Shown: piece by piece, positions 48,044 to 58,491 of the stretch
How the letters are laid out: every line of letters begins with the position of its first letter
How positions within the stretch are numbered: position 1 is the first letter of the stretch
NCBI GenBank assembly: GCA_965644265.1
Contig: OZ286459.1
Location: 130,510,001 to 130,574,000, forward strand
Direction of reading: 5' to 3'
DNA from: Glycera tridactyla
Taxonomy: Eukaryota
Length of the DNA stretch: 64,000 bases
Position numbers and translations under genes: made by a program
The notes under the pieces: model-generated
Seen by the model: the letters and a program-made list of their open reading frames with translations, nothing else
The model's database searches: none
Told to the model about the DNA's origin: nothing

Positions 48044-48656
48044 CGAAAATTGGGAGGAATTCATGAGAGACGGAAAAAGTTACGTAAACTGTGGATCAAT
48101 ATTTAACACAGAGGTACTGTGTACAAATGTATTGTGTGCTGCATTCACAGGGTGTCCAATCAACCTTCAAGCCTTGGCTAAGGAACTTGTGAATTCTGAA
48201 TTCAACCCTTGTAAAATGAAGTGTATTATATGGCGTCATAGAAAGATAGGTGAAGGGAAAGCAGTAGCTCTGATATTTAGTTCAGGATATATATCCGTCA
48301 ATGGAAACAAAACCATATTGGAAGCCAAAGCAAACATTCGTAAATTCGTTAGAATTCTACAAAAAAAGGGGTATAATTGTTCCCTTAAATGCATCAATAT
48401 TCAAGCAATTTCAGCTTCGGCTAAAATTCTGAAAAATCACCATTTATCAATCGAGAATATTGTTTCTGTTTTCAATGCATCCTTTGAGCCAGAAATACTG
48501 CAGGCTGTTCATGTAAAAAGGGGGTCTATCTCGATGTTGGTCTTTCCATCGGGAAGGGTCGTCATTACTGGTCTAAAACCATTCAAGTCATCCTTGAAAA
48601 TTGTATGTGACTTTCTCACTGAATTATGTATTCTTTGCTCAGATACAACACCATAG
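48015..48656 (+). CDS. Divergent TATA-binding-protein (TBP)-like protein
   Basis: Both TBP repeats are recognisable. NVLCAAFTGCPINLQALAKELVNSEFNP aligns to [28 protein letters not shown], and ALIFSSG is identical. RKFVRILQKKGY aligns to RKYARVVQKLGF, FEPEI to YEPEL, and LVFPSGRVVITG to LIFVSGKVVLTG. Confidence 0.9.
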   Translation: MELRKKSTHDENWEEFMRDGKSYVNCGSIFNTEVLCTNVLCAAFTGCPINLQALAKELVNSEFNPCKMKCIIWRHRKIGEGKAVALIFSSGYISVNGNKTILEAKANIRKFVRILQKKGYNCSLKCINIQAISASAKILKNHHLSIENIVSVFNASFEPEILQAVHVKRGSISMLVFPSGRVVITGLKPFKSSLKIVCDFLTELCILCSDTTP

Positions 48657-48689
48657 GAATAAGAAGAGATAATTCAATTCAACGAGAAT

Positions 48690-49154
48690 ATGGAAAGCAT
48701 CCGAATTGAGCACCCCTTGTCAATGGGCATCGGGACACCTGATTCTAACTCAGTCTCTCGCTCAACGAGTTCATCAGATAATCATATTAATAACATAGGA
48801 ACAGATGGTGGAATCTCAAAAAATTCTGACAGATGCTCTGTTGATGGGGATATTACCAATAGAGTTGATGGGTCGCCGAGCCTTTCTCTCAGATCGAGTG
48901 ATGTTCAGTATCCTGCATTGTGCATAAAAAACAAAGTATTCTCCAAAGAATCATTTTATGCCCAAGCACTGCTGATATATATTATCTGTATTGCTTGTAT
49001 CATAAATTTAAGTACAGGCTCGGAACATACGTCTGTCTGGATCTCCCTATTATCGGCTAGCTTAGGCTACATTTTGCCATCACCAAAGATTCGAGGTGCC
49101 CAAAAAAATACAGTAGTTGGAGTGACCCGTGATGTGGTACCAGCAGACAGATGA
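48690..49154 (+). CDS. Small membrane protein (two C-terminal hydrophobic segments)
   Basis: QALLIYIICIACIINLS and VWISLLSASLGYILPSP. Its stop overlaps the integrase start (ATGA). Confidence 0.75.
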   Translation: MESIRIEHPLSMGIGTPDSNSVSRSTSSSDNHINNIGTDGGISKNSDRCSVDGDITNRVDGSPSLSLRSSDVQYPALCIKNKVFSKESFYAQALLIYIICIACIINLSTGSEHTSVWISLLSASLGYILPSPKIRGAQKNTVVGVTRDVVPADR

Positions 49155-50521
49155 AGTGGCGAAGATATTTGCGAAATATTTACAGAAATTTGAAGAAAGG
49201 AGGAAGTTATCAATCTGCTGATAAGCTCTATCATACAGTTCAAAAAGAAAGGAAATTTGATATCTCTTTAGCTCAAATCAAAATTTTTTTAGCATCAGAA
49301 GAGACTTATACCCTCAACAAGGAGGTCAGGCGAAGATTCAAAACTAATCACATTGAAGTCACTTCATCTGCCAAGCTTTTGGAATGTGACTTAGCTGATC
49401 TCCAAAAATATATCAAGCACAATGATAGGGTTCGCTATCTTCTCGGAGCAATTGAAACATTTTCACGTAAACTTTGGATTCAACCTCTGAAAACTAAAAG
49501 TGGAAATGAAACCGTGCAAGCCCTCAAAGTTATATTCAGACAGTTAGGTGAAAATCCGAGATCAATCAGAAGTGACAGAGGAAGTGAATTCACCAATTCT
49601 GTAGTATCTGAATTCCTTTCATCTCAAGGAATTGGACAAACATTCACCTCCAATTTAAGTCAGGCAGCCTACATAGAAAGAACTTGGAAATCGATCAAAA
49701 AAAAAATGATAAAATACATGCATGATCGACGAACATCAAGATACATAGACATTATCCAGGATCTTGTTACAGGGTATAATAACACTTTTCATTCTTCTAT
49801 TGGGATGACACCAAATGAAGCATTTCAAGCAAACCCAATCAAGGTTGAAATAAATCAATTAGCCAATAGACAAAGAAGGGAAAAAAGGTCGAACAAAAAT
49901 CCTGAGACTTCAACATCCGTGAAAAAGGAGCAGGATGTGAATGCCACCGATCTTGTTCAGCATCAGCATCCAAGGGGTCATCAATTACCCTCTGCTGAAG
50001 GTCACACAGATGAGATTAATATGAGTGATAGGACTCCCACTGAAATTCAAAGAGACAACCCTCATCTTCAGCAAAATCAAGCAGAGATTGAAGAAGCCAA
50101 CCAACGGAAGAAAGATGAAAGGAGGACACAGATGCGAAAAAAGAATAAGTACAGATTTACAATCGGGACACCGGTTAGAATATCTAAAGTTCCCCAAAAA
50201 CTTGATAGAGAATACACTGAGAAATGGAGCAAAGAAATTTTTTCTATTCATTCCAGACGATTCAGAGAAGGAATTCAAGTTTATAAAGTCAAGGACTCTG
50301 AAAATGAAATTCTCATAGGAACATTTTATGCTTCTGAGCTACAAAAGGTTTCAATTCCGAAGAAATCTAAACTTTATGACATTAATAAGGTGATCAAAAC
50401 CAGATCTGTTTCATTACCAAACGGAAAATCAAAACAAGAAGTTTTTGTCAGTTTTGTTGGGTTCCCGGCTAAATTCAATCAGTGGATTCCAAAATCAGAC
50501 ATCAAACAATTTGGAAATTGA
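49151..50521 (+). CDS. INT: Retroviral-type (rve, DDE) integrase with C-terminal chromodomain
   Basis: D in ECDLADL, D in SDRGSEF, E in IERTWKSIK. The region after the core reads KYRFTIGTPVRISK...YTEKWSKEIF. The chromodomain ends VSFVGFPAKFNQWIP. Confidence 0.96.
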   Translation: MKWRRYLRNIYRNLKKGGSYQSADKLYHTVQKERKFDISLAQIKIFLASEETYTLNKEVRRRFKTNHIEVTSSAKLLECDLADLQKYIKHNDRVRYLLGAIETFSRKLWIQPLKTKSGNETVQALKVIFRQLGENPRSIRSDRGSEFTNSVVSEFLSSQGIGQTFTSNLSQAAYIERTWKSIKKKMIKYMHDRRTSRYIDIIQDLVTGYNNTFHSSIGMTPNEAFQANPIKVEINQLANRQRREKRSNKNPETSTSVKKEQDVNATDLVQHQHPRGHQLPSAEGHTDEINMSDRTPTEIQRDNPHLQQNQAEIEEANQRKKDERRTQMRKKNKYRFTIGTPVRISKVPQKLDREYTEKWSKEIFSIHSRRFREGIQVYKVKDSENEILIGTFYASELQKVSIPKKSKLYDINKVIKTRSVSLPNGKSKQEVFVSFVGFPAKFNQWIPKSDIKQFGN

Positions 50522-50524
50522 AAT

Positions 50525-51022
50525 ATGAATCAAAGAGAAGAAATAAGCTTCAACATTCACATTTCAAGTACAGATAGTTCCCAGACCTATCCATCAAATC
50601 GTGCATTTGACTTCATCTGTGATTTTCCTTATCCATTACATTTTCCAGGGGAGTGGTTCTGTTCTGTGGAAGGTATTTTAGTTCACATTAACAATGACAA
50701 AACTGAGGACCCATTAAAAAAAATCAAATTACCACCATGTGTTCATATCGTCCTGGATTGTATTCACACTTCAATTGTGAATGGAACTGAAGCAAGAATA
50801 TGTGCATCTTCATTCATTGAGAATGAAGAATCAGAGGAAGATAGGATGTTACTCCCGATCATAGGAGATGGACATGTTCTCCTTGATAAGTCTAGATTTT
50901 CTAGAATCAGGATTCAACTCGTCGATGAACAATTGGAAAACTGTTCTATGTTTCATAAAAGAACATTTGTTGTTCTGAAGTTTCTATGTAAAGTATGGCC
51001 TCCTGGACGAAAGGACAAGTAG
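50525..51022 (+). CDS. mCP: Minor capsid protein (penton, single jelly-roll), compact form
   Basis: The N-terminus FNIHISSTDSSQTYPSN...FPYPLHFPGEW and C-terminus RIRIQLVDEQ...FVVLKF fit the Polinton mCP pattern. Its position between integrase and MCP agrees. Confidence 0.8.
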   Translation: MNQREEISFNIHISSTDSSQTYPSNRAFDFICDFPYPLHFPGEWFCSVEGILVHINNDKTEDPLKKIKLPPCVHIVLDCIHTSIVNGTEARICASSFIENEESEEDRMLLPIIGDGHVLLDKSRFSRIRIQLVDEQLENCSMFHKRTFVVLKFLCKVWPPGRKDK

Positions 51023-51357
51023 GCCACTTTGAACGCCACTTCAATGCACAGTCAAAAGGACATATACCCTACTCACCAGGATTCACAATAGTCGGAAAAA
51101 TTGGTGGACGTCCAAATTACCCCCACCATCCTTCACCTGATACACCGCAGATAGCATCTATTTCCCCAGCGATGGCAGCCGTTGAACAAGCCTCAGACGT
51201 CATCGGAGCAGGTCATAGGAGACGGAGAAGATCAAGAAAGAAAAGAACAAGGACAAGATCGAAAAGACACGTGAAGAAAAAAAAGTCATCTCGTTCAGGA
51301 AGAAGAAAGAAAAAGTGTTCATCATCAAAGCGTAGACGAAGGAGCGAAGCATTCTAA
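50995..51357 (+). CDS. Arg/Lys-rich putative DNA-condensing core protein
   Basis: SPAMAAVEQA is followed by RRRRRSRKKRTRTRSKRHVKKKKSSRSGRRKKK. It lies directly upstream of the MCP. Confidence 0.75.
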   Translation: MASWTKGQVGHFERHFNAQSKGHIPYSPGFTIVGKIGGRPNYPHHPSPDTPQIASISPAMAAVEQASDVIGAGHRRRRRSRKKRTRTRSKRHVKKKKSSRSGRRKKKCSSSKRRRRSEAF

Positions 51358-51367
51358 AGGAACTAAC

Positions 51368-52737
51368 ATGGAGATGGAGACAACAGGGTCAGGGGGTGAA
51401 GAGGTTCCACCCGGGACGGATACCAGATATGGATATCCGTCAGAGTGGGAGCTTTTCACGTTACCACCACAAGACATCTCAAGGGAGAAAAGTGTTGTTA
51501 TGAATTTTTCACCGGTCGCTCAATTACGAGCTGGTGCACCAATTGAATTTAACATCATGCCTAACTCACTGATGTACATTGATCTCAAAAACATCAGATT
51601 ATACTTGAAAGTAAAAATTACAAAAGCAAATGGTGATAACATTCCAACTGCTGACCTACATGGGTTTATCAACTATCCAATTGCCACTATTTTCAAACAG
51701 GTGGATCTATATCTACAACAGCAAATTGTCAATTCATCGGGGTCAGCTTATGCTTACAGGAGCATCATCGATGTTCTTCTCGAGAGTGACTATAATGATA
51801 TATATGGATATCTCGGAGAAGGTCTTTTCTTTGCAGACAGTGCTGGGACGATGGATAGTGTGCTGGCAAGCGGAGATGGGACCAACAGTGGACTCATTCA
51901 AAGATTGACTCGAAAGTGGTGGAACTGATGGGAAAAGTCCATTTAGATCTCACTTGACAAGAAAGATTACTCCTCAATGCAGTTCAAGTCACACTTAAAT
52001 TCACCCAAAACCAAGACAATTTCCGTATTATCAGACCAACACCAACTGCAGCGACAGGTGAAACAGCTCCAGCAAATAACTACAAAGTGGAGATTTTGAA
52101 TGCAGCTTTGAAGGTACCAATGATCAAACCATCACCAGCCATGATTCTAGGTCACAATACAGGACTCTCTTCAGGACCTGCCTTATACCCATTTGAAAGA
52201 ACAGAGATAAAAACGGCAGCGATTCCTTCCGGAATGACACAATGGCCGCTAGATAATCTTTTCCTCACAGCCCAACCAAAGAGACTTGTTGTGGCCATGG
52301 TCTCTTCTACAGCCTTCAATGGTGACTACACTAAAAATCCATTTAATTTCCAGCACTTCAATTTGAATTATCTCTGTCTCACAGTTGATGGCTCATGTGT
52401 TCCCTCTCAGGCGTTTCAACCCAATTTCTCAGAGGACTTGTTTTTGGAGGCATATGATTCTTTATTCTCGTTCACTCAAGATGAAGCTTTAGGAAAAACA
52501 AGGAAAACAACAACAATAAAGAGATCTGAGTATGCCGGAGGGTTTACTATGTATTTGTTCAATCTAGATGGTGGTGCTCAGGGTGAACCATATGTGAACC
52601 CACAATCCATCGGCCTCAGTAAACTCGACATCAAATTCTCTTCACCATTGACTGAATCTGTAACAGTTATTTTATATGCAACTTACAACGCACTATTTAG
52701 AGTCGATGGTGCACGAAATATCAAGATAGATGGGTAA
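51368..52737 (+). pseudogene. MCP: Major capsid protein (double jelly-roll) disrupted by a frameshift near 51905 and an in-frame TGA at 51955-51957
   Basis: The N-terminal part (51368-51928) has SEWELFTLPP, PIEF, YIDL and YAYRSII. The shifted frame reads DSKVVELMGKVHLDLT*QERLLLNAV, then continues into ORF 52087-52737 (PKRLVVAMVSSTAFNGDYTKNPFNFQHF). Confidence 0.9.
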
Positions 52738-53248
52738 ATTTAACACATCAAACTCATTCGGTGTATTATCTACGTCTGATATTTTCAATGCACTTCAAAA
52801 ATTCAATAAATCTCATATCTTCAAGTATATTGAAGTTTGTGCGGTGAATGAACTTCCTCATTTTTTCATTGTTAAAAGACCAGCACTTCTGATCATCAAC
52901 ACTGATCCAAAGTTCAAAGGCGGGTCTCATTGGATATTAGTGCATTTACAAAAATGTAATTTATCATTGCATATCAGTTACGACGCATTCTTCTTTGACC
53001 CACTAGGATTCCCACCATCCTTTTATGGGGTTGAATTCGTTCAGTTTCTCCGAAGAAATTCAGTCTATGACTATAAGTTCAATTCTATCCCTCTTCAACC
53101 CAATCTTTCAAACTCTTGTGGATTTTATTGCTGCCTATTTGCCAAAAAACAATGTGAAGGAATGAAAATCCACTGGGACATAGTTTCTTACATTTCCACC
53201 AAATCAGAACATCAAATAATACAAGAAGTAATCAGTATCACGGAATGA
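52730..53248 (+). CDS. PRO: Adenain-like cysteine protease (capsid maturation)
   Basis: His in GGSHW, Asp in FFDPLG, and Gln/Cys in LQPNLSNSCGFYC. Confidence 0.93.
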   Translation: MGKFNTSNSFGVLSTSDIFNALQKFNKSHIFKYIEVCAVNELPHFFIVKRPALLIINTDPKFKGGSHWILVHLQKCNLSLHISYDAFFFDPLGFPPSFYGVEFVQFLRRNSVYDYKFNSIPLQPNLSNSCGFYCCLFAKKQCEGMKIHWDIVSYISTKSEHQIIQEVISITE

Positions 53249-53324
53249 TCAATGATGACGGTGATGATGATGTGATCAGGATGATCATGACAATGTACAT
53301 AATAATTGTGACGATGATATTTGC

Positions 53325-53346
53325 AATGATGATGATGATATTTGCA

Positions 53347-53418
<72 letters not shown>
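53325..53418. repeat. (GAT)n microsatellite downstream of the protease
   Basis: Directly visible. It explains the poly-Met ORF 53245..53490. Confidence 0.95.
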
Positions 53419-53420
<2 letters not shown>

Positions 53421-53804
53421 TTTTGTCTGGGTATTATATCACTTCATAAGATGGAATCTATTTAATCTTCAAAAGTCGTTCTGCGAGTGAATGATTTGTA
53501 ATTATATATCAAGTAGGTCGAATTATCAAGAATTATAGGGTAGGGCTCATTTCACCCAGATCAAATCTCTTGAAATAATACACGCAATCGCATAGTTGAG
53601 AGAGAACGGAAATATCATCTACTCAGGAATTGTGTCAAGAGTAATAAAACAAGTGTCATAAATTTAGCGAACTGACACATCAACAACAAACACATGCGGA
53701 ATTATCGTCAGCGCCCAGCAGCACTTGAGTGTTGGATCCCTTCCCGCTCATCGTTGCGAGGAACGCTACCCAAGTGATCGGGGATTCTATGAACCATTAT
53801 CAGG

Positions 53805-54602
53805 ATGGTGGTATGTCTGTATTCACCATGGTGTAACTGTTTTATGTCGCGGAAAGGAGCGTCCATGTTTTGCAACAAACACCCACCGAACGTGCGAAAA
53901 GGGTGGGGTCGGTTCGCGAAGTATATCGAGGTTGATGGGGTTTGGTGGGGACCCGAGGAGTCCGGTGAAACCACCTATGCATCGCCACGGATGGATTCGA
54001 TGGGGAACTATTGGTCTAGCACCAATCCGCTAGAGTCCGCCACTTCACCAATTTGGTCGCCTTCAGTTTTGTCCACCGCCGGATTGCCCAATGATGAAGA
54101 AATCTCATCCACCACTGAAAACTTGTCCATCACTGAAAACTTGTCCACCACTGAAAACTTGTCCACCACTGAAAACTTGTCCACTGAAAACTTGTCCACT
54201 GAAAACATGTCCACCACAGAAAACACGCCCACCACACTCACCACAGAAAACACACCAACCACAGAAATCACCACTGAAATCACTTCCCTCTCGGCTGATG
54301 GATTTTCGGATGACGAATCTTCCCCTTACGTAACCGAGGATTCAGATAGGAAGATAGAGTTTCCGCATCTCTATCATAATTCAACAGAGGCTATCTTTGG
54401 ACCAACCTCCACAGCAACTACCTCCATATCATCAACCACCACCTCATCATCGACCACCACCTCTTCAAATTCCAACTCTATTGACATCTCCAGTGTGGCA
54501 TCGGGCTCACTCGCAGGATCCTCACTCATTGGGATTATTGTCGGCGTCGCCATTGTTCTGGGTATGGCACTCGCAATCTTCCTCCTCTACAAGCTCGGTT
54601 AG
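53805..54602 (+). CDS. Mucin-like type I membrane glycoprotein, ectodomain/TM exon (coding probably to 54597, then spliced)
   Basis: TENLST repeats carry N-x-S sequons, followed by a Thr/Ser stalk and a TM segment LIGIIVGVAIVLGMALAIFLLY. The donor G|GTTAGT is at 54598. Confidence 0.75.
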   Translation: MVVCLYSPWCNCFMSRKGASMFCNKHPPNVRKGWGRFAKYIEVDGVWWGPEESGETTYASPRMDSMGNYWSSTNPLESATSPIWSPSVLSTAGLPNDEEISSTTENLSITENLSTTENLSTTENLSTENLSTENMSTTENTPTTLTTENTPTTEITTEITSLSADGFSDDESSPYVTEDSDRKIEFPHLYHNSTEAIFGPTSTATTSISSTTTSSSTTTSSNSNSIDISSVASGSLAGSSLIGIIVGVAIVLGMALAIFLLYKLG

Positions 54603-54826
54603 TACTTTTTTGGTACATTTCTGTCATAATTTATACCATGTCTGAATTGATATATTTTCAAAACAGAATCTTATTCTGATGACATCACAATTGAGCAGTC
54701 ATCATCTCAAATCTTTTATTTCTATTTCTTGATCCACATGCATTGGACTGTCAAATTAATGTCTATGTCTACCAAAATTTCAGTTTTTTAACCAATTTGA
54801 AATGGTCTTGAATTGATGTATTTCAG

Positions 54827-55014
54827 GTCAACCGTTGCTGGACAGACTTTCGGAAGCCTTCGCCAGAGTGGAGAGACGAAGACATCGAAACACGGAACCA
54901 ATGACAGTGACAAACCCAAACCCGATATTCACGATTGAAGATGGACAGAGTGTGTCATCTCTCCTTCGATCACAAAATCTTGGACAATTCCCCTCAAGAA
55001 ACATAGGATCTGCA
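54827..55014 (+). CDS. Predicted exon 2 of the membrane protein (juxtamembrane basic cytoplasmic segment)
   Basis: The acceptor tttcag at 54826 is phase-1 compatible with the donor at 54598. It yields GQPLLDRLSEAFARVERRRHRN. Confidence 0.55.
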
Positions 55015-55379
55015 GTAATCATGACTTTTTTGTACATTTCACATTTGGATCCCCATTGACTTAGTCTGTCTACTTGTTCGTTCGTTCGTTCGCTCGTCTG
55101 TTTGTTCGTCCGCCCAACCAATCTGTCTCACCGCTTCTGTCCANNNNNNNNNNNNNNNNNNNNNNNNNNNNNNNNNNNNNNNNNNNNNNNNNNNNNNNNN
55201 NNNNNNNNNNNNNNNNNNNNNNNNNNNNNNNNNNNNNNNNNNNNNNNNNNNNNNNNNNNNNNNNNNNNNNNNNNNAGTTTCGTAACTGACTGACTGACTG
55301 ACTGAAAACATAGAAATTATTCACTTTCGTATAATTTTTAATGCACCTTTTAAAATTATTGCACTGTGACATTTTTCAG

Positions 55380-55997
55380 GTGGCAGAAAATCAAGCTGAT
55401 CCCACTCCTGTTGCCTTGAGACCACAAACAGACGCATGTGGAGAAGAGAGTATGGAAATGAGTGTGTTCAATCCGCGCTCATATTCAACCCCGCTTCCAA
55501 AATCCACCCCGCTTCCAAAATCCACTCACCGCTTCAAGGAGACACACATGCACATCTCACAAATACTTGAAGAAAGAAGCGAGAAGGAGGATGAAGACAT
55601 CGTTTTTGATCAACAGACATGGGTGATCAATCAACCGAAATCAATGACAATAAATAAAAATCGATCTAGGGAACCTGAACCAATGAGATCGGATAACCCA
55701 GAAAATGACAAAATGAAAGATATCAAAGAATTTCTTTCAGGATACCCACCCCATTCTCCGCAATTTCATGTCTCTTTTCAGGATGTTCAAGATGAGTCTG
55801 ATGAACTTGATGAGATCATCAACAGACACCGAATCCCGATGAACACTGGTATTCCAAATAACGACTTTGACCAATTCAAAATGAAGTCCGAATCAGGCTC
55901 TTCAAATACAGAAACTGGGTGGTGGAAAGACCGGTCTGCTGAACCATCCATCTCACCATCCAATTATCAATCTTCAGACAATGACATCCACAAGTAA
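55380..55997 (+). CDS. Predicted exon 3 (disordered cytoplasmic tail); track ORF 55341..55997
   Basis: The acceptor atttttcag at 55379 is phase 0, matching the donor GCA|GTAATC at 55015. The frame stays open past the TAA into a poly-Pro tract. Confidence 0.5.
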   Translation: MAENQADPTPVALRPQTDACGEESMEMSVFNPRSYSTPLPKSTPLPKSTHRFKETHMHISQILEERSEKEDEDIVFDQQTWVINQPKSMTINKNRSREPEPMRSDNPENDKMKDIKEFLSGYPPHSPQFHVSFQDVQDESDELDEIINRHRIPMNTGIPNNDFDQFKMKSESGSSNTETGWWKDRSAEPSISPSNYQSSDNDIHK

Positions 55998-58491
55998 TTA
56001 TTCACAACAGGACATTCCACCCCTCCACCCCCTCCACACGCTGCCTTCTCTCCACCTCCACCGCCACCACCGTCATCGCCACCACCACCACCACCACCAC
56101 CACCACCACCACCACCACCACCACCACCACGCTCTCAAACACCACCACCATCTCTACCTGAATCTTCTCCACTCACTTGTGATTCTGGTTGCGGTTCCAC
56201 AAAGCTACACTTCAGATGGTTCACAGGAACAGCACTCTCTTGGAATTCTTTCCATAAATTCCATCGATGACTCATTGTCCACCCACAAACAAGAAAATTT
56301 GACAGATCCTGTTGAACAGATTTCATTCGGGGTACAAGTCTCTTTCAGCTCCGATTGTGGCTCTCCTTCATCTGGGTCCCCCACCAAGCTTTCCCTCCCC
56401 CGTCCTACATGGAACAGAGAGCATCACCCCTCACCATCTGAGATTGCCTTATCACAAATGTTCCAAAGACCGAGTGGTGAATCAGCAGCATCCCGCCTTT
56501 CTCATCTCCATCATGAAATTCAAAAGAAACACCCTTCTACAACCATGACCCTGCGATCGAAAAACAAAAAATCAAAATAAAACTTAATTTTAGGTGAATT
56601 TTATTCAGATTATTCATGGACATTTTCAAGGACAATGTAACAATCAATACAGCACGAATGAAAGCAAAAAAATTACAAATCTTTCACATCAGAAAATAAA
56701 CACATTCTATATTCAATACACCAATGAGCGTACACATCAAAGATGTGATGTGATGTCATTTGTGAATGACTTGTAATTGTTGTCATTTTGGATAATGACT
56801 TGTAATCAATGGGTAATTGTTGTAATCAATGTGTAATTGTTGTCATCTTTGATGATGACTTGTTATTAATGTAATCTCGGAGGTTGATGTATCTTAGTAA
56901 AAAAACATATCAGATATGCAATTACTTTCTATCAGACCTGATCAAGTCTGAAAATATTGTGTTTCTCGATAATTGAAATTGTGGTAATTCATCATTGTCA
57001 GTGTAATTGATGTAATTTTATGTACTCCGTGTAATGGTGATACTCTCCTCGTTTTTTTTCAAGTATTACTTCATTTACTCAATTCAAGTATTGCACAACG
57101 ATATTGCAAGGAATCAAAGATCGCATGATTCATATCCAGTAATTGCCGTAGTCAGGGATGTGATTCTTCCGCGGATCCATGGATTTCTGTGTTTTTGCTG
57201 AGAACCAGCAAGACATGCACATGGCAGCAAAGAGTGTTCCCTGCTGATCATTTTGTTTTTTAGATCATGAAAATCGGACCATTATTAGTGGAGATAGAGC
57301 ACAATGTTTGTATGAAGTTTTAGTAGCAATCAGTCACCAGTTATTTGGGTTTGTTGACCAACAATATCTTGGTAGAGGAGCTCCCGCTCAGGTTTTCAGT
57401 GTTTTTTGGTTCACATCCCTGCGTAGTAGATAGCGTTCATGATACATGGGTATTACATCCAATCTAGGGTTGGTAAGTATTCAAAGTGCGACAAGATGCC
57501 ATCCCAACCTACCCCATGCAGGTAGATTTCCAAGGGGTGTAGGTTGATTTCTGAAAACATACTTTCCAGTCAAACATGATAATAAATGCAATGAACACAT
57601 AATGAAGTCATGCTGAATTTTTGAAGGAAGCAGGTGGGTTTGAAGATTGACCTGCCCACTGAGCAGGTGGATAATTTTGACGTCGTCGTGTCCTGCAGTG
57701 ATTTTCCATGACCCGCAAAAAAGAATGATCAGCATGTATTACCGCTGATATGGTAGACAAAAGCGCTTGCATCTAAACAGCGACAATCTGCGGAATTTGC
57801 GGGAACTATCACGAATAGACGGTTTCAATGGGGTTGGGATGACGGTTTCCACGGAGTCGGGGTGACGGAATCGAGCGGATTGAATTTATAGTGATTTCAT
57901 CATCCCCGATTCTAGAAATCATCGGATCAATGATTTTGAATGATCAAAATCACATAAAGATACGATCGATTTCATAGTAAATTTCAGTTCAAATGAAAAA
58001 AAAGAATTAATGGAGGGAAAACGGGACGTACTGTAATTTATTCCGTGAATACCCCCAGCGTTGGATGGGTGAGTAGTAACATATAAGGGTGAACTTTTTC
58101 CTGATCGATTCAAATACTATGCCCCTGGTCTTTGCCGACTTGGCAAAAGGTCCAATTTATGTGGGCCCCCTCGGATCTGAACAAGAACGAGTGGGGCCGG
58201 AAATACAATCAAATAAAGAAAGAGTAGAGAGTTCTAATGAATGTCTACTGCTATTTCTATTTTGATGGAACTGAATTGGACACAGGATTGATTAAAATGT
58301 TCATACAAGTGATCAACCACGCAGACTTCACCTGTGGTATATTGAGACATCCGTTAGTTCATGCATATATCACAGATTGTCGCTATCGATTCTGTTTCCG
58401 TATAGACTACGATGGACATCTTACTGTCTAGTCTCCAAGAGAGATAATCTGCCTGAATTGACGTACTTCAGACGTCTTCCCGTAGTGTCAC

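Noticed and set aside
53245-53490. Poly-Met ORF
   Set aside because: It is the (GAT)n microsatellite.
55981-56580. Poly-His protein
   Set aside because: The (CAC)n tract is more plausibly read as poly-Pro in the frame of the upstream ORF, so the His reading is probably an off-frame artefact.
57100-57800. Possible decayed minus-strand accessory gene
   Set aside because: There are multiple stops in all frames and no recognisable domain.
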